This document shows positions 19,498 to 30,566 of a stretch of 64,000 nt of DNA, one piece after another (positions within the stretch are counted from its first letter, which is position 1; each line of letters begins with the position of its first letter). Position numbers and translations under genes: made by a program. The stretch comes from an uncultured virus (IMG/VR IMGVR_UViG_3300021131_000005) (lineage: Duplodnaviria > Heunggongvirae > Uroviricota > Caudoviricetes). Under the pieces are notes generated by a model. The model was given only the letters and a program-made list of their open reading frames with translations, was not told the origin of the DNA and ran no database searches. The stretch is from the IMG/VR virus record IMGVR_UViG_3300021131_000005. One strand, given 5' to 3'.

Positions 19498-21255
19498 ATG
19501 CCAAGCATACAGGTAAATTCAACAAACATAAATACATTTAGCTTTACTGTTTCTTTTGACATAAAGAATAGGGCTGTTATATTTGATACAAGTGGAACAA
19601 CTTATAATGGTGCTAGTAATTCGGGGGATTTATACGTACAATGGATTGCTTTTTCATTGATAGACCAAGATGGTATTGTTTTAACGACAACGCCACCTCA
19701 AATACCTTCGCCCGCTACAAATCCCGTTTACACACTCGATTTGTCAAACATTAATCAGTCTTTCCTATTCCAAACATATCAGATAATTGGTTCAATAAAA
19801 GACCAAGACGGAACTGTTTATAGCACATTGCCTATTTACAAGAAGATATATGAGCCTTTAGGTATAGGGGATAACGGTACAATAAGCGGGGAATTTCAAC
19901 TTATTGCAGATTGCTCAAACAATAGCCTTACAGTAAAAGAATTAACTTTATTTGCTTATAATAACCTATTGCCAACAACTACTACTAAGAGTGGTACGTT
20001 ATATTACCCCACAGGAACAGTATCGCCTATTGCTTTTAGTAGCACACCTTTTTCAAATAGCTATATAGTAACAGGGGATTACTTAGTAAACAATACATCG
20101 GTAGCGACTTATGACTTTGGTGATGGGGTTTTTGTTATTTTGTCTTATTGGACTTACAACAACTTCTACATTACTTGTTCTAATACGATGTCAGATGTTC
20201 TTTGTTGTATGTTAGAAGTACAAAGAGAGGCAGAGAAAAATTGTACTAATGCTAGGGGGCTTGCTGCAAGCGAAAAATTATCTCAAGTAACCCCTTACCT
20301 ATTAACAGGATTAATTGCAGAACAAAGTGGCAATGATGCTTCTGAACAAGTAAAAGCTATAAGGAAAATATTGAATTGTGGTTGCGGTTCAAAAGGTAAC
20401 AGACAAAACGAATTAAATCCCGTTAATCCTTCTATATATAGTATTGTTTTACAAGGTGCAGGGGGGACAACAATACCTTCTGCTTCTGTAAATGGAAATA
20501 CTAAGACGTGGACAATAAGTTCCCTTACTTCAAAAATATCAAAAGGTAACAATAGCGATTTAGCATGGACTATTCAATTAGACAATAGTGTTTCCAACGT
20601 AAACAACTTTGTAATAACATTCAATTATGGTGTTTTTGCGGGATATATTTACACAGCTACAAATAACAGTACGCCTTTATTAAATCAATTTAACTTAATG
20701 GTTGATGCGGGTGGTGTTTTAGATAAAATAAGTGCAAGCCCTATTTTAACAGATGAATTAAGAAGCTTAACTAATAATCCATACGCTGCTGCTTACTTGG
20801 TAAATAATGTTCCATATTTAATATATGGAAATAATCCAATAACATTATATTCTAAAGTTCCTTTTGCAAGTGGGGTTACTCTATATTTGGATAGTGGGTT
20901 AACTACACCAATTACAGGTTTTTTATTAGTTACACCTATATCTAGTAAAACAGTTTACAATATAAATCCCACAACAGGATTAGTTGGGACATCGACAGGG
21001 GTTCAGAATAATACTTTTGAAGTATATTCAGACAATTATTTGATAAATACATTTGGCTACCTAGTTTGTGGTGGAACTCCAATAACATTATATTCTAGTA
21101 CACCTTTTGGAGTTGGAACAATTCTATATTTTGATAGTGCATTAACACGCCCCGTAACAGGATACTTACTTGTTACTCAACTAAAAAATGGGTACATTTA
21201 CAACCTAAATTCATCAACGGGTGTAGTTGGAGCTTCAACAGGAACTCATTGTTAA
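19498..21255 (+). CDS. virion structural protein with duplicated C-terminal domain
   Basis: S/T/N-rich beta protein with two ~60-aa repeats PITLYS..PF..G..LY.DS.LT.P.TG..YN.N..TG.VG.STG. Confidence 0.6.
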   Translation: MPSIQVNSTNINTFSFTVSFDIKNRAVIFDTSGTTYNGASNSGDLYVQWIAFSLIDQDGIVLTTTPPQIPSPATNPVYTLDLSNINQSFLFQTYQIIGSIKDQDGTVYSTLPIYKKIYEPLGIGDNGTISGEFQLIADCSNNSLTVKELTLFAYNNLLPTTTTKSGTLYYPTGTVSPIAFSSTPFSNSYIVTGDYLVNNTSVATYDFGDGVFVILSYWTYNNFYITCSNTMSDVLCCMLEVQREAEKNCTNARGLAASEKLSQVTPYLLTGLIAEQSGNDASEQVKAIRKILNCGCGSKGNRQNELNPVNPSIYSIVLQGAGGTTIPSASVNGNTKTWTISSLTSKISKGNNSDLAWTIQLDNSVSNVNNFVITFNYGVFAGYIYTATNNSTPLLNQFNLMVDAGGVLDKISASPILTDELRSLTNNPYAAAYLVNNVPYLIYGNNPITLYSKVPFASGVTLYLDSGLTTPITGFLLVTPISSKTVYNINPTTGLVGTSTGVQNNTFEVYSDNYLINTFGYLVCGGTPITLYSSTPFGVGTILYFDSALTRPVTGYLLVTQLKNGYIYNLNSSTGVVGASTGTHC

Positions 21256-21265
21256 AACAAATTAG

Positions 21266-21994
21266 ATGGCAGTAAGTAAGTGTTCATTAAATAGTATGTT
21301 GCAAAGTGTTTTGTCGGTGGCTAATGCTACTCAAAATACAGCTTTTCCCCCATTGATATATCAAAACATATACAATGCAGCATCTTCATTGCTTTTATCT
21401 AAATTAGTTTCGGAATTTCCTAGTTCACCACAAGTAGTTGATATGCTATATCCTTTTATGGTGACTATGAAGATACCCGTATCTAATGGATATGTTCAAC
21501 TCCCCCCTGATTATAGAAATTTATTAGGAAGCCCAAGCATAAGCGTAAAGCCCGATGGAAGTGATTGTAGCGAAGAAATAAAAAACGCTACTCAATTCCA
21601 AAATGCAAATAATAAAGGCGGTTGCAAATCACGCCCCGTAATAATACTAAATCAAAGTGAGTGGGATTTAAGAACAACATCTACTTATAGGATGCCTACT
21701 TATGACAATCCTTTTGGGGTAATGTTTGGAATGAATCAAATTAAGGTTTGCCCTTACGATATATCAAAAGTAGAATTAAGGTACATAAAGCAAGAAGATA
21801 CGTATGTTTATGGCTATATCATGCAGCCTGACGACACTTATGTTTTTGACCCTACTACAACAGTAGATAGTATTTGGGGTTCTAATGCTTTTGATAGACT
21901 ATTTCCAATGATAATGTTTCTTTATAGCGAGTATAGTAGGGATAATTCATTAAGGGATTTTACTACATTGTTAGCACAAAGGGGATTTGTTTAG
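21266..21994 (+). CDS. tail ring / head-tail adaptor (tail tubular-like) protein
   Basis: LPPDY and ELRYIK motifs; position in the tail module. Confidence 0.55.
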   Translation: MAVSKCSLNSMLQSVLSVANATQNTAFPPLIYQNIYNAASSLLLSKLVSEFPSSPQVVDMLYPFMVTMKIPVSNGYVQLPPDYRNLLGSPSISVKPDGSDCSEEIKNATQFQNANNKGGCKSRPVIILNQSEWDLRTTSTYRMPTYDNPFGVMFGMNQIKVCPYDISKVELRYIKQEDTYVYGYIMQPDDTYVFDPTTTVDSIWGSNAFDRLFPMIMFLYSEYSRDNSLRDFTTLLAQRGFV

Positions 21995-22012
21995 TAACTT
22001 TACAAAAAATAT

Positions 22013-23188
22013 ATGTTTATGAGGAAGATTATTTTCTTTTTAGTTTTGTCTTTTTTAGCATTAAAAGGCAAATCCCAATTAACGGACGCTCAATTAATAG
22101 CACAAGCAGATACTATTAAATATGAAACAAAGGTGGGTGCAAATACAGCAATAAGAGTAGGCAGGATGTTTGAAAATATTATTTACAACAAAGTAAATCC
22201 TTTAGTTGGGATACCCTATTTATCTACCAATAATACATTTACAGGTATAAATACTTTCCCATCTATCGTTTTGGCATCTAATGGGATAGATACTTTTGCT
22301 ACAAAAGGGTATGCAAGAAGTGTAGGTGGTGCTAGTATATTACCTTTAAATAATAAATTTACAGGAAACGATACTTTCCCCACAATAGCGGTATTAAATA
22401 ATAGTTACGGTGCAGGTATTAAAACAAGTGGGGATACTACTATTATAGGAGATGTATTAAATGCAGACAATGGAACTAAATTAACGGTAAATGATGACAT
22501 AAGTAATGTATCGGTAGAGGGTTCTTTTTCGGTAAGCGGTTTAGCTAATATAGGTGGTAGCCTTACGGTAGATAATACAACAATCCCATATTTTAGTGGT
22601 GATACTACTCTAAATGCAGCAGGTGGTGGTGCAGTTCCAATTATGAATGCAGTGAAAGGATATGTATATCATCACTCTAGCGGTGGTTCTTTTATTGACA
22701 CAACAAAAATCCCCTACTTAGCTAAAAACAATAACTTTACGGGGATTGATTCTTTTACAACAACAGTTACATCTACTCTTTCGATAATAGATTCAGTTCC
22801 AAAAATAAACAATAGTACAGATACGATTTCAAGTAGAAGTTATGTAAGGAATTATGTGCAAGCTAATATACCTACCCCTACTTATACAGAATTTAGCGCA
22901 TTAGCATATCAATCTGGAACAAACCCGCCAACAGATACTTCTATTTTGATAAATACTACAAGTAGAACAATTACTTATACATATAATTCAACGGGTAATT
23001 ATACTTTAAATATAAGTGGTGCTTCTATACCTAAGCCTAAGATAGTTTATTTTATAGGAGGAAATCTTGGAATAGTAAATATGTCTTACTCTTCAAACAC
23101 TATCACAATAACATCGTATTCAGATGCTCTTACTTTATCAAATGGAATACTTAATTTCACCCCGATAACAATAAAGATTTATAATTGA
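22013..23188 (+). CDS. fibre-like protein with Sec signal peptide
   Basis: MRKIIFFLVLSFLALKGKS|Q signal; GANTAIRVG motif; three NNxFTG.(N/D)(T/S)F fibre repeats. Confidence 0.65.
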   Translation: MFMRKIIFFLVLSFLALKGKSQLTDAQLIAQADTIKYETKVGANTAIRVGRMFENIIYNKVNPLVGIPYLSTNNTFTGINTFPSIVLASNGIDTFATKGYARSVGGASILPLNNKFTGNDTFPTIAVLNNSYGAGIKTSGDTTIIGDVLNADNGTKLTVNDDISNVSVEGSFSVSGLANIGGSLTVDNTTIPYFSGDTTLNAAGGGAVPIMNAVKGYVYHHSSGGSFIDTTKIPYLAKNNNFTGIDSFTTTVTSTLSIIDSVPKINNSTDTISSRSYVRNYVQANIPTPTYTEFSALAYQSGTNPPTDTSILINTTSRTITYTYNSTGNYTLNISGASIPKPKIVYFIGGNLGIVNMSYSSNTITITSYSDALTLSNGILNFTPITIKIYN

Positions 23189-23505
23189 TGATGTTTTTAC
23201 TTTACATATCAACATTTTCATTATTTGTAATCTTACAATCTTTAGCTATAAATGGCATTAAGTACTCTATGCAAAAGGGAATGATACTTGAATCATTTGG
23301 GATATGGTTACGAAAGGTTTTAGGCGACTATTGGTTTAAGCCTTTTGGTGGATGTGTAGCTTGTATGGCTAGTGTTTGGGGGTCTATCACATTTTGGATT
23401 AGTGTATTACCTTTGTTTAGGTTTGGGATATATGAAGTATGGGTGTGGGTAATGGATGTTTTTATTTTGGTTTCGGTTAATTCAATCATTTACAAAAAGG
23501 TATAG
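23185..23505 (+). CDS. membrane protein with CxxC motif
   Basis: Hydrophobic segments; KPFGGCVACMASVWG. Confidence 0.6.
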   Translation: MMMFLLYISTFSLFVILQSLAINGIKYSMQKGMILESFGIWLRKVLGDYWFKPFGGCVACMASVWGSITFWISVLPLFRFGIYEVWVWVMDVFILVSVNSIIYKKV

Positions 23506-24168
23506 ATGTTCTTAAAGCAACTTTCGGAAGTTATATTTACCTTTTACAGCAACGGTAAGGTAGAAAGCACTAATCAAGAATTAGAGCAAGAGGATATTAC
23601 GCAATTTACTAAAATGGCTTTTGGTAACATCATGCGTAGGCTTTATTATGCTGAAAAGAAAAACCAAAAGATAAACGAAAACTTCTTTGTAAACGCAATA
23701 CTTTCATCGCAAACGTTTCCCCTTTCAGATGCTAATGCAAATGGAATGAGGTCAGCAGATATGAGTGCTTTTGATTTGTATAGACTACCCGAAAACGCCC
23801 AAATAGTAAACGTATATCCAATAGGCTGTGGGAGCGAACAAGGAATGGCTTTGTCACAAGTTGCGGCGGGAGAAGAATACTTTTACTTGCAACCACAATA
23901 CAAGTTCTTTAAATTTTACAAAATAAAAGGACGGGCTTTAAATACTTATAATCTCCCACCGTGTGTAAAATCAGTAGAAGTAGAAGCTGCTTTTGATTCA
24001 GAGGACGTAGATGTAAGTTTTGATATTTGCTATGATGTAGCACAAGAAGTATTAGGGGTTTCTTTAAGATTACCCGAATGGCAAAAGAAAGTAGATAACA
24101 GTTATTCAACAGCGCAAAGGGATTTAAGACAAAAACTAGGCGCACCACAACAACCTAATATCGAATAA
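23506..24168 (+). CDS. tail ring-like structural protein
   Basis: Position and size within the tail module. Confidence 0.45.
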   Translation: MFLKQLSEVIFTFYSNGKVESTNQELEQEDITQFTKMAFGNIMRRLYYAEKKNQKINENFFVNAILSSQTFPLSDANANGMRSADMSAFDLYRLPENAQIVNVYPIGCGSEQGMALSQVAAGEEYFYLQPQYKFFKFYKIKGRALNTYNLPPCVKSVEVEAAFDSEDVDVSFDICYDVAQEVLGVSLRLPEWQKKVDNSYSTAQRDLRQKLGAPQQPNIE

Positions 24169-25385
24169 TGGCAAAATTTATACCCATAGAAAGAATAGTT
24201 GACGACCTTTGTTTACGCAATGAAGATACTTTAAGGCGTAAGAAAGGGTTGTATTTGTCATGTGTAGAAGATGTTTGGAATGACTTAAATGAAAGTACTT
24301 TAAAATTGGCTGAAAGGGTTAAAATCCCCGTAAGGTCTGTATTCCAAATAAACAAAAGAACAAACTCAATAGATTTACCTAGTGATTGTTTAAGACTATG
24401 TTCTGTTAATGTAATTGATAGACATGGAAACTTTCACCCTATATATAGAAACGAAAGACTAACAGATGATTTAGTAGAAGTGGGGAATGGTAACGACAAT
24501 TGTACTTGTGAAAAGGGGTGCAAAAACAAACTATGTAACACCATAAAAGGGTATGAAGCAGTTTCTACAAATGTAACGGTTCAAGTACCTATTCCAACAG
24601 ATTCTCAAACGTTTGACCCCTCTTTTGATAATACATTTAATGTACCAACAACAACTCAACCTAAAACTTTTATTTGTATAAATAGGAAAGGAATATTAGA
24701 TGGATATTTTTACGAAGAAAAGCAGTACCCTTTAGACATATATACTAATGGAATTTGGACTGATACGGTATTGCATACGGAAATAATTAAACATTGCGCT
24801 TTAGACTTAGATGAAAACGGATGTGTTTGTGATACCCCCGAAAACATAGAAAACGTATGTAATAGTTGTGGGATAACAAGCGATAGTTTAATCCCCGTAG
24901 GCGGTACGGCAGAATGCCCCCCACACGGAACACACGCAAAAGAATGGATATACTACTGTAATAACAATATGGATGTATTCAACTATCAATGTGGTGGTTA
25001 TCCTTATGGGTTTAGACATGGGTTTAACAATATTTACAACATAAGCGAATTAGGCAATAGATTAATATTCCCTCACGACTTTGGTTGGGATAAGGTAATG
25101 GTTCGTTACTATTCAGATATTGAATTAGCTACATTACAAATCCCCTATTTTGCAAAAGAATGTTTTATGGCGGGGCTTCAATACTTTGCTAATACTAACA
25201 ATGATGATAAGCAACAATTAGCACAAGGGTATGAAATGAAATATTCTAAACGAAAGAAAGGCTTATTTTTGGACTTGAATAGATATAGAGTAAAAGAGTT
25301 TGCAGAGATAGTAACCCCTCATGTGTATGTACCCTCGTTTAATCAATCGAATATGGGTGTGTACGGGGATTTTTACGGATTTTAA
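24168..25385 (+). CDS. tail ring-like structural protein with Cys-rich insertion
   Basis: IDLPSDC and VRYYS..IP motifs; many Cys; FDPSFDNTF loop. Confidence 0.5.
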   Translation: MAKFIPIERIVDDLCLRNEDTLRRKKGLYLSCVEDVWNDLNESTLKLAERVKIPVRSVFQINKRTNSIDLPSDCLRLCSVNVIDRHGNFHPIYRNERLTDDLVEVGNGNDNCTCEKGCKNKLCNTIKGYEAVSTNVTVQVPIPTDSQTFDPSFDNTFNVPTTTQPKTFICINRKGILDGYFYEEKQYPLDIYTNGIWTDTVLHTEIIKHCALDLDENGCVCDTPENIENVCNSCGITSDSLIPVGGTAECPPHGTHAKEWIYYCNNNMDVFNYQCGGYPYGFRHGFNNIYNISELGNRLIFPHDFGWDKVMVRYYSDIELATLQIPYFAKECFMAGLQYFANTNNDDKQQLAQGYEMKYSKRKKGLFLDLNRYRVKEFAEIVTPHVYVPSFNQSNMGVYGDFYGF

Positions 25386-25395
25386 AAATTAATGG

Positions 25396-28300
25396 ATGCC
25401 CCAACAACAAGATAGCGTAAAGCCTTTATTTTTAAACTTAGATTCTTCTTTTGAAACAATGCAAAAGGATGAATCTAGTTTTATTCGTGACTTTCAATGG
25501 GATATTAACGGTAACGCAAACTTGCCAACAGGTACGGGTAATCCTTCGGGTGAAGGACAGAATGAAATGTCACTAACCCCCACAAGAAGTAATGTACAAA
25601 TACCTAATTCAGCACTACCAACAGGATATAATAAATGCGTAGGAACTTTTGAAAGTAAGCTAACAAAAGAACTATATTACTTAAACTATAATGATGGTGG
25701 GCAACATGGTATTTATGTAATTAGTGGGGACACCTTGCAAATAACCCCCGTAGTAATAGACCCTACACTTAACTTTACTTTATTACAAGACGGATATTTT
25801 ACAGACCACCGTTGTACACTAAGAGTAAGATATGATGAAAACAAAAACATCATTGAAAAGTATTTTATAGCTACAAACGGGAACAGATGGCAACTATGGA
25901 TAAATGTATTAGCAGCAATAGCTACTAATGGTTTTAATGCGACAGCTTATCCTTACTATACTTTACAACCACCTTTATTTGATAGAAGGGAATTGTTAGA
26001 ATACCCCGTAAGACCACCAATGCAAGAAATAGTTGCAACAAGTCAAATAGACACAAGTAAAACTATAAATAACGTATTAGATTTTGGCTTTGAGTTTTGC
26101 TATCAATTTGTATATACAGATGGAAGGGAAACAACCATATCCCCTTTGTCAGTACCTAATATAATTCAATCTCAATCTTACTTAGCTAATCCTAATTTAC
26201 TGCCTAATGAGTGGGCTTTAAGTATGTATGCAGGTAGTTGTATGGTTGAAAAGATTAACCTATTTTACAGATTCACAAAGAAAGAGCAAAACGTAAACGC
26301 TTTTGTTACTTGGAGTGATTGGTATTTGTATGATACTATTTATAAGTTTGATACTGTTATACCTAATAATTATTGGTTAAGGACAAACGCATGGTTTCCT
26401 AACAACAATTCACAAGTGACGGCTTTTGACCGTACAAATAATGTATTAACTTACATATTTGACAATACTAAGTTAGGTCAAATTACAGACCAATCCCTAT
26501 TTGCAAGGGAACAAAGTAATATGCCTATACTTAGCGTAGCTATGAGTGATTTAGGGGATTCTATACTTCTAGGAAACAATCAATATGGATACGACAATAT
26601 CCCCGAAGAAATAACCAATAAAATATCAATAAGCGTACAAGAACAAACTAATAATAGTTGTACCCCACCTACAAGGCATATAAGACTGTATGCAGTTGCT
26701 TTAGCGCAAAACACAAGCACTACTATCCCACAAGTAGGATACTACAATAGTGCGGATTCAGTCGGGATGAGAATAGGTATTAATGACAAAAGTGGTAACT
26801 TATCATTAACAGCAGCAAATACATTTAACATGACATTTGGTGCTAGTGGGGAAAATAATGCCTATGTATGTTATTTAAAAGGAACACCATATTTTGCAGT
26901 GGGTAATTGGTATGTAGCAGACGCATCTTATAACCTTACTGAAATAACAACCCCGTTAGATTATCAGGCATTAACCAATAAAGGAACGGCTGCATCAGGG
27001 TATATTGCTAATGTATTTTCAACGGGGGGATTCTTTGTTTGTGTATTTGATTTTTATGTACCCGCAGGTTATTATTTAGCTACAATAGGTAGGCACAATA
27101 TTTCTCTAAATGGAAACTTTAGGGGATTAAGTACTTATATCATGGGGCTTTATTCTTCAAGAAGTTTAATGACAAACTTACCCCCCGCAGTAAACGACTA
27201 TTCTAAAGAAATGGAAGTTGATTGTACAGGTGGGGATTTTAATAATTGGGGGGTAGGAAACGACATATTTAAACTTTGCGTACCTACACTTGGAGGTGGT
27301 AGTTCATATTGGCATTTTGTAGAAGGATACATATATGATACTCACGATGCTAACAATCCATTTGAATTGCTTGATATGACATTAAGCGATGGATATAGCG
27401 GAGAGGGGGTAGATATGGGATGTACTTGTACAGATGCTAATGGTTTTTATTGGGGTGCTTCTAGTCAACAACCGCATCCTAAAGCTAATGTATTTATTAG
27501 TGGTTATTTTGTTTGTGGAAGTACAGTTCGGTCTTTTATAATAAATCCGCCCAATGGAGATAATGGGTACTTGCAAAATGGTATTTCTTATGTTCAAGAC
27601 CAAACTTTATTAGGTGGCGGCAGTTATAATAATTTTTACGTAAATGCTTTTGTTTATAAACAAAAGATAACCGATTCGACAGGAAATATTGATTACTCTA
27701 ATATAGGCGTAGCAATTAAAGATGGTGCAATAGCTTATACTGATGAAAACGGAATAGCTACATTAGTTATTCATAATTCATCTAATTCTACGACAGCAAG
27801 GGGTAGCGCAGGTGCTATAACAGGGCAAGGTAAATGCACATCCACAAACTTTGTTACAGTAACAAACGGCGGTAACTTTTCTATAATAGGAACTAATTGT
27901 TTGCCGTTATCACAATACAATGAACTCCCATTTATACCTACAAGTTATTATGCTTGTCATTCATCTTTAGTTACATATACAGGGGGAAACATAGCAATAA
28001 AGATTATTTCGGGGTTATTTAATAGTCTAAAACAACAAGGTAGCTATTCAGTAGGTATAGTTTTAGCTGATTTAGCTTTAAGAGTTACTTCTGTTCAAAA
28101 AGTACAAGACATTACCGTATCTTCTTTTTGTAGTAGGCAAGATACAAACCCAACTTATTTTCAATGGAACTTTAGCGGCAACTTAAATTTAGACCAATAT
28201 GCAGAAACTAAAAACGCTGCTTATTTAGGATTTTTTGTTACTAAAGCTATCAATTATAAAAAGTACATTCAATGGGTTGGGGATAGTATCACAAACTATA

Positions 28301-30216
28301 ATTCGTCAGGGAATGTAGTAACGCAAACAGCATTAGCCACTTATGTAGCTATATCATTGCAAAGTTTATTAGAAACTAATATCCAAAACAATCTAAACTT
28401 GTTAGCTACTTATCAGTTTTCCCCAAATGATAGACTAAGGATATACGATAATGGTGCAGGGCAATTATTGTCATCGGTTATTGATGTGCCTATACTTGGT
28501 ACAACTTATAATCAAGCTGCTATAAACGCTCAATTAATATCCCCACCTACAAATACGGTATTAGCTTCTTCAACACCTAGTACATCTAGTAATGTTAATT
28601 TATTTGTTGAATATGATAGTAGATTTGCACAATTACAAAACAAAACAGGATTTTGGATTGAAATATATTCGCCTTTAGAAACGAATGAATTAACCCCTTT
28701 CTTCCAAAGCGAAATAGAAACAGATGTAACAGTTACGTTTGCCCCTATACCATTTTTTACAAGTTGGATGCCTATAATAAACGGCGAACCTTCGGTTGTG
28801 TTTAATGGTAACAACTATTTCCCTACTATGGGAAAATTAAAATATTGGGATACCTACTTTTTAAACAGAAGTATTACTATACCTAATTCGGGTCTTAAAT
28901 TCTTTACACATCCCTTTGAAAGCCCTAATATAACCGATACGTGGGGAGTAAATGCAGCTAGTGGTGGGAATCCTAACACGATTAACCCTTATGCAAAACA
29001 AATGTTCTACTTAGACGATACAATAAAGTCAGATGACTATGTAAGTCAAGGATTAAAGAATGGACTAGCTACATTTAGGGATGAGAATAGGAAGGTATTT
29101 AAGGGATATGGTCGTGGCGGTATTATGGCAATCAAAACCCACTATCAATTGGTTTTCTTCTTATGTGAAAACGATTGGTTTATGACCGACTTTAACTTTA
29201 ATTATGTCTATGCAAACGCACAAGGGGTACAAATAGCAAACTTAGATAATGCTATGGGAACTCCCCACCAAAAGATAGGGGATAATTACGGTTGTGCTTA
29301 TGGTGATACAAGTAGTGTTTTATTTAATGATAAGTATGCTTTATGGCACGATAAAAGAAACGAAGGATTTATCTATTGTGATTTTAGGCAAGCAAAAGAC
29401 ATTACAGATATTCAAAGCGAAGGACGTAGTTTTGGGATAAAGTCTTACTACTGCAAAAAGTCTTTATTTGTAAGTACATTTAATGAAACACATAATGTAT
29501 CTAATAGGATAGATGTAGTTACGGGAATTGATTTGGATTTAGAATTAATCTATGTTACATTTCGCCCCCGTAGAAATAATAGTAAAGATATAAACACCTT
29601 TGTAAATGACAGAAGAAACTTACAGATAAATTATCAAGAAACATTAGTATATAGTATTAATTCAAGAAGGTGGTTACGCTTAGTGGGATTTACTCCCGAA
29701 AGCTATGGTACATTAAGGGGTAATACATCGGGGCGTATTATGGTTTCTTTTGCACAAGGTATTCCATACACTCATGGTAATTTACAAAATTCATCTTACT
29801 GTAACTTCTTTGGTGTAAACGTTGCCCCCGTAATATCAGCAATAATAAATGTACATCCCGAAGCAACGAAAACCCTACAAAGCATATCTTTAGACATAAA
29901 TAATCAACCTTTATGGGTTGATATGATTTATTCTAATCTACTAAATACATTCTCTTATCTCCCCGTAAACTTCGTTAAAAGCAAAGAAGGACAATATTAC
30001 GCAGCAGTACAAGCAAACATGAATAGTTACCCTAATCCTAATACAGCAGGTAATGACTTTAGAAGTATGCTTTTAGATGGTAATAAAATGAGAGGGGTTT
30101 GGTTCTTAGTGAGATTTGTAGCCGACTTAGCAAACGTAGTAAACGGTACAAATGTTTATTCAGAACTAAATAATATCTATTACAAATACACCGTAACGGG
30201 AAATACTAACAAATAA
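25396..30216 (+). CDS. tail stabilisation / nozzle protein
   Basis: 1606 aa beta-rich; LNLDS N-terminus, FCYQFVYTDG..TISP and GNKMRG C-terminal motif as in crAss-like stabilisation proteins. Confidence 0.7.
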   Translation: MPQQQDSVKPLFLNLDSSFETMQKDESSFIRDFQWDINGNANLPTGTGNPSGEGQNEMSLTPTRSNVQIPNSALPTGYNKCVGTFESKLTKELYYLNYNDGGQHGIYVISGDTLQITPVVIDPTLNFTLLQDGYFTDHRCTLRVRYDENKNIIEKYFIATNGNRWQLWINVLAAIATNGFNATAYPYYTLQPPLFDRRELLEYPVRPPMQEIVATSQIDTSKTINNVLDFGFEFCYQFVYTDGRETTISPLSVPNIIQSQSYLANPNLLPNEWALSMYAGSCMVEKINLFYRFTKKEQNVNAFVTWSDWYLYDTIYKFDTVIPNNYWLRTNAWFPNNNSQVTAFDRTNNVLTYIFDNTKLGQITDQSLFAREQSNMPILSVAMSDLGDSILLGNNQYGYDNIPEEITNKISISVQEQTNNSCTPPTRHIRLYAVALAQNTSTTIPQVGYYNSADSVGMRIGINDKSGNLSLTAANTFNMTFGASGENNAYVCYLKGTPYFAVGNWYVADASYNLTEITTPLDYQALTNKGTAASGYIANVFSTGGFFVCVFDFYVPAGYYLATIGRHNISLNGNFRGLSTYIMGLYSSRSLMTNLPPAVNDYSKEMEVDCTGGDFNNWGVGNDIFKLCVPTLGGGSSYWHFVEGYIYDTHDANNPFELLDMTLSDGYSGEGVDMGCTCTDANGFYWGASSQQPHPKANVFISGYFVCGSTVRSFIINPPNGDNGYLQNGISYVQDQTLLGGGSYNNFYVNAFVYKQKITDSTGNIDYSNIGVAIKDGAIAYTDENGIATLVIHNSSNSTTARGSAGAITGQGKCTSTNFVTVTNGGNFSIIGTNCLPLSQYNELPFIPTSYYACHSSLVTYTGGNIAIKIISGLFNSLKQQGSYSVGIVLADLALRVTSVQKVQDITVSSFCSRQDTNPTYFQWNFSGNLNLDQYAETKNAAYLGFFVTKAINYKKYIQWVGDSITNYNSSGNVVTQTALATYVAISLQSLLETNIQNNLNLLATYQFSPNDRLRIYDNGAGQLLSSVIDVPILGTTYNQAAINAQLISPPTNTVLASSTPSTSSNVNLFVEYDSRFAQLQNKTGFWIEIYSPLETNELTPFFQSEIETDVTVTFAPIPFFTSWMPIINGEPSVVFNGNNYFPTMGKLKYWDTYFLNRSITIPNSGLKFFTHPFESPNITDTWGVNAASGGNPNTINPYAKQMFYLDDTIKSDDYVSQGLKNGLATFRDENRKVFKGYGRGGIMAIKTHYQLVFFLCENDWFMTDFNFNYVYANAQGVQIANLDNAMGTPHQKIGDNYGCAYGDTSSVLFNDKYALWHDKRNEGFIYCDFRQAKDITDIQSEGRSFGIKSYYCKKSLFVSTFNETHNVSNRIDVVTGIDLDLELIYVTFRPRRNNSKDINTFVNDRRNLQINYQETLVYSINSRRWLRLVGFTPESYGTLRGNTSGRIMVSFAQGIPYTHGNLQNSSYCNFFGVNVAPVISAIINVHPEATKTLQSISLDINNQPLWVDMIYSNLLNTFSYLPVNFVKSKEGQYYAAVQANMNSYPNPNTAGNDFRSMLLDGNKMRGVWFLVRFVADLANVVNGTNVYSELNNIYYKYTVTGNTNK

Positions 30217-30566
30217 TGGAATACATAATTGAATATTGCCCCCCTTTTGAATTATTTAGAATAATGCAAGCCGTTATTATAGACAATAGGGCAACTTTGT
30301 TTACAATCCCCTACAACGGAAATACTATACAATCTTATGTAGATAATCAAGTATCATTAGTAAATGAAAATGTAGTAGTATATAAGATACTTACTTTAAA
30401 TGGTAATCTAGTGGGATATTTTAGTTTAGAGTTTATCGCATCATACAGCGTAAGTAAATTACAACAACTAATCAGACCCCAATATAATTACGATATTGCA
30501 AACATTAATCAATTAATCAATACCTTTGTTCAAAGTAATGAATGGACAAATGATTTCTTGTTCTAA
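30216..30566 (+). CDS. putative GNAT-fold protein
   Basis: NGNLVGYF..LIRPQY pattern. Confidence 0.4.
   Translation: MEYIIEYCPPFELFRIMQAVIIDNRATLFTIPYNGNTIQSYVDNQVSLVNENVVVYKILTLNGNLVGYFSLEFIASYSVSKLQQLIRPQYNYDIANINQLINTFVQSNEWTNDFLF

Noticed and set aside
20826..21245. Two similar ~170-nt segments at the end of gene 19498 as a DGR template/variable repeat pair
   Set aside because: Differences are not adenine-specific, both copies are in frame in one protein, and no reverse transcriptase is in the window. This is an ordinary domain duplication.
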